DNA of 64,000 nucleotides, from positions 11,160,001 through 11,224,000 of the forward strand of contig NC_134025.1 of the NCBI RefSeq assembly GCF_964204645.1. The letters are read 5' to 3'. The translations under genes were made by a program, and so were the position numbers. This document shows, piece after piece, positions 14,016-26,725 of this stretch; position 1 is the first letter of the stretch, and each line of letters starts with the position of its first letter. The notes below the pieces were generated by a model. The model worked only from the letters and a program-made list of their open reading frames with translations, did not search any database and was not told the origin of the DNA. The stretch is from Tubulanus polymorphus (Eukaryota > Animalia > Nemertea).

Positions 14016-16350
14016 TGTCAGGCAAGAGAAACGATATCTGTTATTGCCATAAAAAATTATCTTACTAAAACAATAATTTGAGAACGACACATATTCGCTC
14101 CAAAATTACGCCTTCGAATATGAATCTTAACGAATCCAACAGTCAAATTTCACTCCCAAATATGTTGATTCAGATAATGTTTATCGCGCATTGCTCCAAT
14201 TTCCTGGAATATACACACTTGACCGTCGCCCTTTCGGTTTTTATGGCTGTATCGGTCATAATCACACTGGCCTTTGGTTTCAATCACTTTTTATATTGAC
14301 GCCACGTACAGCGAGTTATTAGTCCCTCAGTACCAATATTTTGTCTTCAACTAGCCTTATTTCAAAGTATAGACTGATTGGCCTGCGGAAGTCATCTCGC
14401 AGTTTCCTTTATATTATTCAGTGTCTCTCGACAATGAAATGTGTCATTTCGTTTTATCCGAATTTTTATCAACATTTGTTTTACGTGTTCTAAAAACGTC
14501 CCCGTAGGCGTTAAGGACAATAAACGACACTCCTATGGATAAGGTTGGTTAATATTTTAAATGTGGTCAGTTCATCGCGTGACATAGGGCCGAAGGTATT
14601 CGTTGAACAATAAACGGCTAGGACTAGTCCCGTAACCACGGGAAAGCGGGTACCAAAAGTTCCCACGACTTAACGCATACTCGTTCGGTGACCAATCGCC
14701 GATTTTTTTCTAAACGTCGCCTTTATTGTAATCGAGACGAGGATGTTTCGTTGAAAAATGTGATCATATGGCGGAATGCTGTTTATTTACGAGCGCTAGT
14801 CAAACCGAACTGGGTCAGTGTTTTAACGGCCGTTTCGAGTGACCGCATAATGGCACTCTGATGGGTGCATTCGGGACGACGGCCGCACAATCGAGGTCAA
14901 ACTGAAATGTATATATAGACGTCAGAGAAACGGAAATGACAAAAATTCTGCAATGATAAATGAGTGTGTGTATATTGTTTGCAATTCAAGCAGTATCAAC
15001 AAAACATGTGGATTCGTTTACACCTGCCATATTCGGCGAAACTGACCTGTTAAAAGGTGCATAATAAAAATAACGCGCTGTTGGCCTTGTCTAAATATAC
15101 TGATCGTATCAGATAAATTTCGTTTGTAATCATAAGCGACATATTTCATATTCCCACCGCAAAAAAATAGATGGACACGTTTAGAACCATATTGGTAAAC
15201 ACGTATATATGCATATAATATTCGCACAAAAACCTTCATCAGTTGGACCGTTTGCAGAGTGATCGATAGAATTACAGTAAAATATATTTTCCAGGAGTGT
15301 AAAATGACCGACGGTTCCAAAGTTCGAAATAAGAAGACACACCACAGATAAGTAGTTCGGGCCATCTTGATTTAGCGCTTAACCTCTTTGGCAATCTCTA
15401 TTTGGTTCCAGAGGCCCGCTATCGCGAGATCACGAACAACGCCGTTTCAGGACTATGGACAGTGGACAGAACCATAAATCAGCCGTCCTTCTGATAAAAC
15501 AGTACTTGAAAAACCGAATGCATATTATGCAAACAGAATGGGCACAGTTTAATATGGGTCACGTATGGGAACACCCGGAAGGACGGAGCGTGTTTGTTTT
15601 TTTCTGTTGTTTGAAAAAAATGTCTTCGTCGCGACTTAATCTCGTTAATCCGACTTGATAAATATACACTTGCCATCGTATTTGTCGTGTCTGGTCGTTC
15701 TTGCAGATTAGGAGTGGGCGCCGATTTTTAAATTTCAATTGAAAGTACAAACATTTCCTCGGCGTCAATTACGGCAGCGTCTTTGGCGGCTGCTCCGAAT
15801 GTCGGCTTGGGTCAATTCTCGTACGAGACAATCTCAGTATTTTTACGCTATAAATTTCGCTCGCCGTCGCTCGTATGTCCACCGAATCAATGAATTGACT
15901 GACATCCAATCTTAGTGAATGACTGGCGCAATCAAAACTCAACCCAAAGAGGAACTACTAGCATCGTTTATATATAGGCTACGGATTTAGGTAGAACAAG
16001 TTGTATATATGACACGACAGCATCGTGTATGTATAAAAGGAAGTGATTGATTTTTCAACGGCGTTTCACTTCCGTATTCTGTCATTAAAGTCAAAATGGC
16101 CGTCTGGTAATGCTATGATGCGACCGCGAAAAAGCTACAAGCAAAACCTTCAGTTCTAAATACAGACTACGTCGACGAAAATGCTGGTCCACTCCAGCCA
16201 TGCTACATTCCAATGCATCAGCCGTGCGGCCTTAAGGACGTTCAAGCTCTTCTGCCTCAGTTGTCAACGATTGCAGGTGCAAACCACGACCTATAAGCAC
16301 CAGTTCAAAACGTGTACGCTACAAACAAAAAAACTGGCCAGAATACCCTT

Positions 16351-16369
16351 ACACACACACACACACACA
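16351..16369. repeat. (AC)n microsatellite
   Basis: acacacacacacacacaca is directly visible. Confidence 0.9.
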
Positions 16370-17298
16370 TCGAAAAAATAGCTATACACACAACAAACGT
16401 CGATGGATGTTGAATCATTCCGAAAAAGATTTCTAATAAAGGCCAAATACGGCAATGTTGTTTCTATGTATATACGCATATCCTCACCCTAAGGGTTAAT
16501 TACGTTATAAAGAAAACGCGCCATATGCTGGCCAAGAGTACCCGGGCTTAATATTCTCGGTCTAAAAGTTGTAGAGTGGGAATTCACGTTAGAATCTGTG
16601 TTAATTATTTAGACTCGAGGGCTTTTCGAGAAGACTTGAAATTCGTAACGATGTGTGTAAGCAAAGCCCTGATTATAACAAAAAGAAACGTAATAGTCCC
16701 GGCCATTACTATTGCATGAAAGGTCTGTTTTTAGATTTAGATCCAGAGAAAAAATTCAAACATAAAAGCGACAACTACGAATCAACAAGGACTGCAGTTT
16801 CAGATGCGGAGCAAAGTTCTGCATTGGCCATCATACATTTTAATGAAGCAGGCGCGAGAAATGTCATTTTCGCAATGTGTCTTGAATTTTGACAGCGCGA
16901 GAATAAAGAGTAAACTTTAATCAAACCGCGATCAAACCGATCGCTGTCGCAAAGATTCCGAGGTATGTTTGATTGCCGTGATCACCGTTTGCGAAGTAGC
17001 TTTCCAATGCACGCTGCACAAAGAATGCGAAATTTAGCCGCTGCTGCAGAAAAACGCCGCGGCTATTTTCAATTTCAGCTATTTGATGGATCATGGTCAA
17101 TGAAATGAAGTTTTAAGATGGAATTTTATCTGGTTGTGGAATATGATTCATCGCAGCAATGAACGATCAATCAGCCGTGCGCACTACGACAAAGATCCAC
17201 ATATGAAAAACGAAGATGGCTCGATCGGTTGATAGCCGCGGCTGATGAAGACCCGATGTATATGGTCATCAAATGAGTTGTATATAATAATTGCAACT

Positions 17299-17483
<185 letters not shown>

Positions 17484-20444
17484 TTCCTTCCGAAGGTCGG
17501 AGCTCAAACAGTCTTAAAATAGTCTTATATACGACACCATATAATGAAAAAAGTATTTCCATTCAAATGGCGACAATCTGTCCGTCACATATATGAGACA
17601 GCAGACGTCGGATTGTTTGGTGCCCTTTGCTTCAAAATACTGACGGCTGGTCACGAACAAAAGAAGCCCGGATCCGACGATATATACAGAGTATGTAAAA
17701 AGTGTCTCAAATCTGCAGGCACACACCACAGACTCGATTCTTGTATAGGGGCGATCACAAAGACGAATTTTCGGGAAATGGGTTGGTTCCTCCTCGTATA
17801 GAAAAAAAAGCTAGGCGATTTTGTATCTTCTGAAGGCGACATGTGATGTGTATATATACGCGTATCCAGGTCCACATTTTGAGGTTTATAAACGAGTAAT
17901 TGGCAACGAAATACAATATGGTTTTGATGTCGATGGTTTCAGCGAAAAAAAAAGATGCACTGTCATCGCATTTCCTCGAAACAGAAGCAAGTTTCGCGCA
18001 CATGTATGTGTATCCAGATGAAAAAGCTAATAATTTGCCCATCGGATATAATATATAGAATAAAGATGAACTTAATACTATATACTGGGGATCGATTCGG
18101 CTTTGATCCGACGGCAGTTGCAAGTTAGTTTTAATGTTCTAGGTTTGATCTATGTCAACCAATTTATGCACTTAAACGGAAGTGTCGATTTTTTCTAAAC
18201 TGCCATGACGTAATAACTATGTTTGCGCCCAGGGCTCAGCTGAGCCATAGGCCAACTACACAGCATCGCGACTTTGAAGTGCATATTTTGTATATGTCTA
18301 CTTTACAAGCGCATTGACAGTATATACGTGGATATTGATCACGAATGTGCGGTGGATTTGCATCCGATTGTCTGAATATAGAAAATGACATCATTCGAAG
18401 ATATGATCAGATTGTCTTGGTCACTTGTCAACTGATAAAAAAAGAAGTCAGTTTAAAGGCGGGGAAGAAATGGGTGCGTCGAGCGAAACGTTACATGTCG
18501 AACCATAGTTCATTCAGAACGCTCGATAGAATGATTCTTTTAATGTTATTCTATAAACATCTGTATAACCACTACCGCTGACTCGACGGTCAAAATCGGT
18601 GGTGTCAAAAGATTTTGAGGTTTGGGTTATTCAAATTCAATTCTTATACATACATAATATTTGTTTATTAGTTGATCTCTTGATATATGTATGTATCGAT
18701 GGAGCGGAGGGTTGATATTTAGCCCCCGGTGTACGGATATTTTTGAACCGGTATAGTGTAATTGCGCAGCAAGCTGTGGAGATTGCGAACAAACGCGCAC
18801 TGTGGCGACATCATGGGTGCTCGACGCACGTACATGTAATAGCAGATACACATGTCTACTTCATTATCCGAACGCATTTTTTTCACAGCGTTTACAATAT
18901 AGTGGGCAGGCTACGTACCGTACGGTTCGTATACGACTAGTCTTAAAACGACGCAAGTAGGTCGTGTCAACGAGGGTCATCGAACCGGCTTATAACAACG
19001 TACTGCATCTATACTTAGAATATATTCGTACGTGTGTGTACAATAATGTAATTAAAAAATAGGAAAAAACCCTTGGCGACGAATTTTTTTAAACGCACGT
19101 CGTGACTCGTTTCGGACGACACATAGTTATACCGTATACGTACGTATGTAAAAGCTATCAGGAGTGGATTTTCGTGAATGAACGAACTCATCTTATAGTT
19201 ATACGCGAATATAGGCCGATAGTCTACTGGAAAGTGAAATAAACCGAACGCGACTTAATAGACGCGCTGGACTGGTTTATTTCGATCTGATTTTCGCTCA
19301 ATAGGTTATTAAACTACGAGGATGTTCTTCTTTACTACTTGGCTTAAAACGTCCGTGTAGCGCTAACTCTTGGCGCGACTCTGAGACGTTTCCACCGTTC
19401 GTTCTTTTAATGTGAAAGTAAACAGAGAAAATGCACACGGAAAAGCTATACCGGCGTTTTCTTCTAAAAATACATATAGGTACTTGGCCGATGCTAGCAC
19501 GGTTTATAAGAATATGCAGGTCTATTTTTCCCCTTGCGGATAAGCATACTTCTGACCCAGCTACGAGCCATTCAGTAGGCGTCGGTAGTAAAAAAAATCG
19601 AGCCTCTATTCAAGACTTCATTGGAAATCATGATCGCATTAAAATAATCATGATCTTTTGAATGCCGATATTTTGCCCTTAGCAGTTTGCTGTTAACGCA
19701 GAGAATTTACATCGAAATACATATCTAATACACGAGAATATAGAGATGATTCGATATGCCAATTTTTGACGTCAAGGGTATACATAAATCACGATCTGAA
19801 CTCGGAATAATTCGTGAGTTGACGTCCAAACGCGCGACCCAGGCCTAGCGGTACTGCCACGTAGCAGCAACGTTTAAAAGGTGATTTCCAAAATGCTGCC
19901 GTCACTTCACCGAATTCAATACGCGCTAGTCTACTATCGGAATGCCAGAAAAATAACGAGCTATCGCGTTAATCGATAATATATGCTAATTTACAACATC
20001 TAATCATAACTTGAGAATGAAACTGTTAAAACTGGAGATTGAATTTTATGGGTGCACGAATAACCGTTTGAATTATAAAAGTAAAAACAAAATGCGCTAA
20101 CAGGTGCGCGCCGACACCGTCAAAATTTTGGTCAACTGTTTAATCTAATCGGAGTCGATGTCAACAAATAACGAACAAAATCATATTTCGGTCTTGTGAT
20201 TTTTGTCGTACTTTTGATATTCTACGTTCAGTAAAATTCGCGAAAATGTTATCTTTTTCGAAAAAAAACCGCCAAGTCTGACAAACGTAATGCATACTAC
20301 TACGATAATGGTGAATAACTGAATGACCGATGCTAAAATTATGCCCGATATACGAGAAAAAACTGTCCGCACCGACGAAAAAAATCAAAAAGTACAAGAA
20401 AATATATTTTACACTCACTTTCGTCGGTTACAATTCTTTGTTGT

Positions 20445-20572
20445 GGTTTTTCCTGCTTCCTCCTCGACATTTTGGTGGAGCTACCATTGAATCGTGTCCC
20501 TTACACGTTTACATTGGACAAAGAACAACAACCAACATGGCTGCCGCTGAGCGTGGCATGACGGGTAAAATA
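20445..20572. mobile_element. Possible degenerate short MITE with internal inverted ccatgttggt/accaacatgg-type motifs
   Basis: cgacattttggtg at ~20466 is an imperfect inverse of accaacatggctgcc at ~20531. Outer termini are too decayed to define. Confidence 0.3.
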
Positions 20573-22771
20573 TCCAAGCACCTGCTGCATTCGGTCCGTC
20601 GCGTAAGTGTTTTGGCACTCGTTTTTTTCAAGAGGTCATTTTACTTGAGCCAACGCCTTTAGTAGTAGTTTCAGTTCACTTCGCTTCGCACCGCGCACAA
20701 CGAACGCCGCCGTCTCTCAGCCAGAGCTGCATTCAAATGCGGGAAAAACGTTGAACGAACCCGTAAATAGCAGGCTTAAAAAATCGATGAATAAAAACTG
20801 ACCGTGCGGCACAGAGCGTTGCGCGAAATCGGCTCGCTAGGTCATTAACGAGTAATATATAGATCTATCCATTAATAGCGCCAGCGTGTATTTTATGCTG
20901 GATATTTTAAGAGAAGCACGCGATAATATGTTGTTTTAATTCGGCCAACGTGACCGATGGCGATAACGATTCGTTCGTGAACTTCCCGAATGCTGATGAT
21001 AACAGAGAAATCCTATTTCAACGTTAAGAGACCAACAGGCATACTCTAAGGGAGTACAACACTAGTTAAGTGTCTAGTGAACGCAATTTATTAAGTCGAA
21101 ATATAATCTACGGCTGAGAAAAGTACATAGCAACATAATTGTGATGGACAGCTGATGAAACGGTAAAAAATGCATCGATGCGCTAGCGCCATCTGGGATT
21201 AAAAAAATCAAGTAAAATTTCAACCGCGTAACGGCAAGCTTTTCAAAATGAAATTGAGAATTGCGTATTGTACGTTTTGGTGGTTATAACTGAGATGGAC
21301 AATGTACTGAGCTACTCGGGTTTACACAGGATTTAACAACTGCAACGTGTTTTAGAAAAATAAGGTTGAAGATTGAAAATATATACATATTTGTTGGCAA
21401 ATATGTATTCCAATACCGGTATCTGTTATGAAATTTGATGAATATACATGTCCATCTATCTATCACGCTGTCCTTATTTAAAACAGAGAAAAGATACCGT
21501 AAAAAGGAAAGCCATTAAAGACAATACTTGAGTTTTCTTCAAAATGAAACTCGAAGATAGAAGTAGATTCGTCGAAGTCGATGTCACCTTGTCACGCTTG
21601 ATATGCACGGACGTTACAAATGGTCATTACGATTATCATGAGCTCTCACAGAAACGAATAGGCTGGCTATTCACCTTATAGGCTACGCTTCATTGACGGT
21701 AGTCTAATTCACATCTTAAATACGATATGGATACACGTTAAAACTCTGCATACGTTTTGAAGCGAATGGGTTTGGATAATGACGGATCTTCCCCAAAACC
21801 AAGAATAGTTTCAAATCAATAACTAATAACAAACGTATTTTATCATTTATGCTATTACATTTTTTGTTGTTCGCGATCATATTTCAGTTTGTGTATGGAA
21901 CAAGCGCATGTACTAGAGCGGCACTTCATCGCGTGCCGCATCCATTAAACTTCTTTCAACGATAGCATCGCCATCTCTCGTTAAATTTCAAAAGTTGATT
22001 TTTTAAACGGAAGTAGCAGGTTTCGGCGCGTATACCGTTCAACTTCAAAAATCGTTGTCCGTTACGAATTAGCGCAGTCCGTCAAATAGTCCGCGGCGGT
22101 CGGTTACTGTGCCGCGGAGAATACATCTCGTAGTAAGTTTGCTTATAAGATGACCAACCGTCTGGTGAAACCGCTAATTATATCTCATGTTTCTCGGAGC
22201 GTTTCATCTCGACGACAGGTAATATTTCACCAAGGCTGGACAGAGCTATCAGCCGCTGGCGACCGATGTCCGTCGAGACTCGAATTTGGACGCATACTCT
22301 TCGTGACTAGGTTGTGCGATTCGGCTTATGAAAAGAATTGCATTTTATCAACGTAGGCTATCATTCTGTCTGGGGATGTACGAAGTCACTGAAGTAGATT
22401 TACATGTGTATCGAGATCCGTGCTGCGTGGCCAACGGAGACCAACTCGACGCAAAATGCCACATTCTGACAAGAACTGGACGACGATCACCAACTGATAC
22501 TATGATGATTAGATATTCTTTATTGAAAGCATGTAAATATGTATGTCATTCATTGAAAAATATTGTTTCCATCCTACTAGCAATTCTGTCACCAAATTGT
22601 GACTTTCCGAATGCCGGACAACACCGTTTGTTACTTGGGTGCCAATGGCCTATGCGTTGGCATTAAATTGCTAGAATGAAGTAATGCGCCCAAGTAGCGC
22701 TCATCCTCATTCTAGATAGGAATACAACTTACTATATATACTTACTGGGTGCATATACCATGATGATAACA

Positions 22772-23110
22772 ATCAGTTTCAGTTTAGTTTCAATTTATTG
22801 CTCCGCAATTAATACTTAATGCACAGAGCATAGAGTAGTTTACAAAATAATAACAACAACATAATACACTTTTAATACAAAAAAGATACAAGATAGAATA
22901 TCATGGCTTTAAACATATGATAATAAACCCTTTTTAACAAATATTGCTAAATTACTCAAGGCTTTACCTTTAGAATTTAAAAGGCGTGCGAATTGGTCTG
23001 GTAATCTCCAAAAACAAGGGTGGATTAATTTTAGACGTAAATCCGAAAAAATATGTACAATTTAATAGAAAATGTTTCTCGTCACCAACAACAATATCAC
23101 TTGCATCTGA
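22772..23110 (-). mobile_element. 3' end of a 5'-truncated non-LTR retrotransposon (C-terminal Cys/His domain, 3' UTR, tandem tail)
   Basis: The minus strand reads DIVVGDEKHFLLNCTYF, then a +1 frameshift in a T run, then SDLRLKLIHPCFWRLPDQFARLLNSKGKALSNLAIFVKKGLLSYV*. This matches the GDExHFLxxC...LAxFIxxGL C-terminus of LINE ORF2. It is followed by a T-rich UTR, AATAAA and a TGAAAC-like tail (caataaattgaaactaaactgaaactga). Confidence 0.8.
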
Positions 23111-26100
23111 AGCTACGGCAAAATTATCTAGAGCGAAAACGTCCACCAGGTCAGCGACCAAAACACGCACTGTGTCTTTATTATGTGTATGGTAAATACC
23201 AATACTGATACAGCAATTCCGAGAGACGGTGTGGAGAGCTTCTAGCATGGGCCATTCTATAGCACCGGTCAATTTTTGCCACCACTGAACCATATCGCAT
23301 GGCGACGTATATCGTCGACGTCCGACGTCCCCTATATACATTAATGTAACAAGAACAAAAAAACAATATACACAGCGACACAAATTTATTTCCAAAAAAC
23401 GCTTGAACGAGCATAGTGAATCACGGGTCAGTATATGATTACATCTCGATTTTCTCTTTCGCCAATTACTGGTGGTCATCAACGTAAATACATGGACTAT
23501 TACGGTCGGATTAGACATTTTTCCCTGGCTATTCGAGTCGGGTTTTATGACCGTTCACTGTTATTTTCCCTTGGCTGGGCAGCGCGGTAATGAATGATTC
23601 TCTTGATAGTTGTAACGTCCATTACTCCGCTATTACACAATTATCCGCTTTGCTTTCGTACTGCGCCAAATGACCAAGCTACTCGATGCGCTCCCTCGGT
23701 TGACCACTTGACCCTCATTTATAAAAAAAGTAAACACATTTGTCCGCATCAAGGTTCCGCGTTTACTTCTACAAACTCGCTTCTCAATTTTTATTTTTCC
23801 AGACATCACGTCATGCTTTTTGACCAGCTTCTATAGAGTTAGCCGAGAAAGATGTATCAAGCAATAATCATATACATGTATATGAAAATATTCCTATTTC
23901 AAAACTATGAGCACTTGATATACGTGTATCTAGAAATATCTAGTGTTTTGGAGATTTTAAATCCTTGACCTCGTGGTCGCCCGCCATATTGATTTTTTTA
24001 TGTTGATAGGTTGTCGGGCTGTCCACGCATTTTGAACCGAATGATGTTATCAGCCTGTTTTGCCCGTGCTCCATGGTTACCGTATCGCCGTTTACCTTGA
24101 TGTAGCGTCGACAATTTTATACTCATCCGATAATAATAGTACATTATTTTTAGATCAATAATGACTCGGATTCAGTAGTGACCCTTTGTGCAGATAGCCA
24201 ACAATTAATTCCGCGTCGCTGTAGCGAGTATGATGTCGACTCTTTTTTTAAAGCCAGTCAGCTAGCCACGCCAACAAAAAAGCTATAATTCAATGAGTGG
24301 ACATACAACCGACGAAATCAATGCTAGTTATTGAACAGGCGTGTGGGGAGTATTGTATTTGCGACTAGCCAGCATCGCTAATCACAAAAACACGGCCAGA
24401 GCGGCCTTTAATTACGCGGACGTCAATGGAGTTTATTGTGAGCTTGCAGTAGCGCTGCAAAACACCTCAAACAGGTCAGCAAGACTAGTAATTAGATTTT
24501 TTTTTCTGGCATCCAAACCGTTGCGGACCGTCCGTGAAAATGGGAGTAGAGAACACTTGACTACGTATGCGGATAGTTTCGTTACGGCACGAACTAGCCA
24601 CACTTGATAGCGACCCTGCATGCAAAAACGTCGCAAATAAACGCGACATATTGGCAAATTCATGACTAAAATGCCATCTCGAGATGTTGCGCTCAGTTTG
24701 CGAGCCCATCGAGAGTGGACACCGATGACCACGCTGTATATAAATCAGGTTGCGTAAAAATCAGTAGTGGAACAAGTCAGCTCCTTGAGCAGGCTTCAGT
24801 TGATGGTGTGGTTTCTCAATGACTAACTAACCGATATACACACCGGGAAACACATAAATCCACAAAGATACGTTGGTTAGTTAACCGAAGTCGCCATCAT
24901 CTAAACTTCTGAAGAACATGTCGCCATCTAGAATTGATTTCAATTCGCCAAAACTAATTCCTTTCTCGAATAATGGAGAACATAACCAAATGTTCCAAAC
25001 ACTTCCTTCATTTTTGAATGTCCACTGACTTTTTCCGAAATATGGGATTTAATTAAGCCGTTGTAGAAGCTATAGTACGAATAATTCAGGTCTACATGAC
25101 CTGAATATTGAAACTTCAGCACAAAAAATACTGTCCATATATAGTTGTCAGATGATCAATGAAGCATACACATGTAATGCCAGGTTCCAAAAATCTTTTA
25201 TTCATGATACACTATCCGGCATACCTGCCACACCTTTAATATAGAATAACAAGGCGGACATTGATTTAAACGTAATAAGTTACAGACACTTGAGATATCT
25301 AAACCTATACTAACTAGATCGGATGAACATTTCCATGGCTTTGTGTATCATTACGGGGCATACAAAAATGATGACCAACCACCCCATGTTTCAGCCATTC
25401 AGCGTATAAAACAAAGCCATCACTAAAATATCTACCAATGATGGTAACATACTTGTATAGTATCTATAGGGCGAGTAGCCGATTTCAAATGTTTCTAACG
25501 TCAAAAGTTTGTCGTCGAGAGTGGCCATGACTCCCGAGCTCACGATGAAGTGTAGACTTCATCAAGTAGGTGACCGACAGTTCGGGATTAGTTGCGTAAA
25601 TGCATTTAACAACGTTGTTAACATCTGATTTAATTCGCCAATAGTTACAATAGCCGCTACTTGAACCGGACAACCGTTCAAAGCGGACATTGAGTCAGCT
25701 TCCACTTTCATCTTCGCTACACTTCTTTTTTTTGAATAACAACTAGACTTCTGAGCGTGTATTCGTACGGCGTCACTGCAGTGGTGGTCGTGGTGGTGGT
25801 ACATGTATATGGTATTTGTCACGATTCATCTGCCCAGAATCAATACGGTGTTCTTTAAAGGCGTAATTGGTATTGGAGTTAACCGGTTCGGACCATTCAG
25901 ATCGCCACTACTCTGTCTGATCAACGAGACTAAATATAACAAAAAGAAATTGAGCCAGGCGTGATTACATCGTCAGTCCATCTTGTTCAATTTCAGCGCG
26001 AAATGGACATTTGTCGCCAACAATCAGTCGCTATTTGCTCGTATTAATGGCATGATTCAGATATCGCGCCGATCTGCGCTATGGCCAGGAGCAAACATCT

Positions 26101-26409
26101 ATACCGGGCATTGTGATGCTGGACTGATACAGTTCCTGAAAAGAAGACGCGCTGCATTGAGCTGATGGTGAAAATGTGATAAAAAGAAATAGTTATTATG
26201 TCGTTTTAGTAACCTTATTTCGCTTCGTATCACTTGGCGTAGATGTGATCTAACCGTGGACAAAACGAAGATAGGATGAATGCACACGACGCATACACGA
26301 AAATTCGATGGAATGTCACGATTCCAAGTTTAAGTGGCGATGTGATTCATGCGAATGCTACAAACATCATTTGTAATGTAAACTAGACCTGGGAATTGCT
26401 TGCTTTTTA

Positions 26410-26725
26410 AGACAGCTGGTTCTGGTCTAGCCATATTTTTGTGGGTCCTAGAAATTTAACGACTACATAACCGAACATTTCCCAGGCCCATTCGCTATTG
26501 GAGATGTCCCCTACAATGATTAGAACATTCAGCTTTTGAGAAGTGCGTCAAAACACGTTAAGGCACTTACGAGGCGGCATGCGTTGATAGGCCTAAAGGT
26601 TGTGTCAACGTTGAAGTCTTTAAGTATACTTCCTTCGCCATTCACGACCAACTCAGCAAGGAATGTCTGCAATGCACTATTCTGACCGTGGTCAGCGTGG
26701 CGTTCAGGATGCCACAGTTCCTTTG
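26410..26725 (-). mobile_element. Decayed APE-type endonuclease domain of a LINE
   Basis: Minus-strand translation gives, in the expected order, KELW (cf. TETW), TFRP (cf. VYRPP), NVLIIVGDI (cf. LIIxGDFN) and V...GPTKIWLD (cf. VxxPTxxxxxLD). It has stops and frameshifts. Confidence 0.45.

Noticed and set aside
15365-15425. Homeobox-like words (LALNL ... IWFQ)
   Set aside because: The two words are in different frames with wrong spacing, WFQ is followed by RPA instead of NRR, and there is no supporting exon structure.
16896-16962. Candidate exon between ttttgacag and GAG|gtatgt
   Set aside because: It has stops in all three frames. It could only be non-coding, and there is no evidence without RNA data.
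17242-17275. CTGATGA-agacc...ggtc hammerhead-like start beside the (TA)n tract
   Set aside because: The GAAA box and stems I and III are missing. Other CTGANGA hits (9668, 10234, 50150) also fail to form complete folds.
22970-23518. 182-aa minus-strand ORF as a gene
   Set aside because: Only the GDEKHFLLNCTYF segment is meaningful and it belongs to a frameshifted LINE 3' end. The rest is read-through of flanking DNA.
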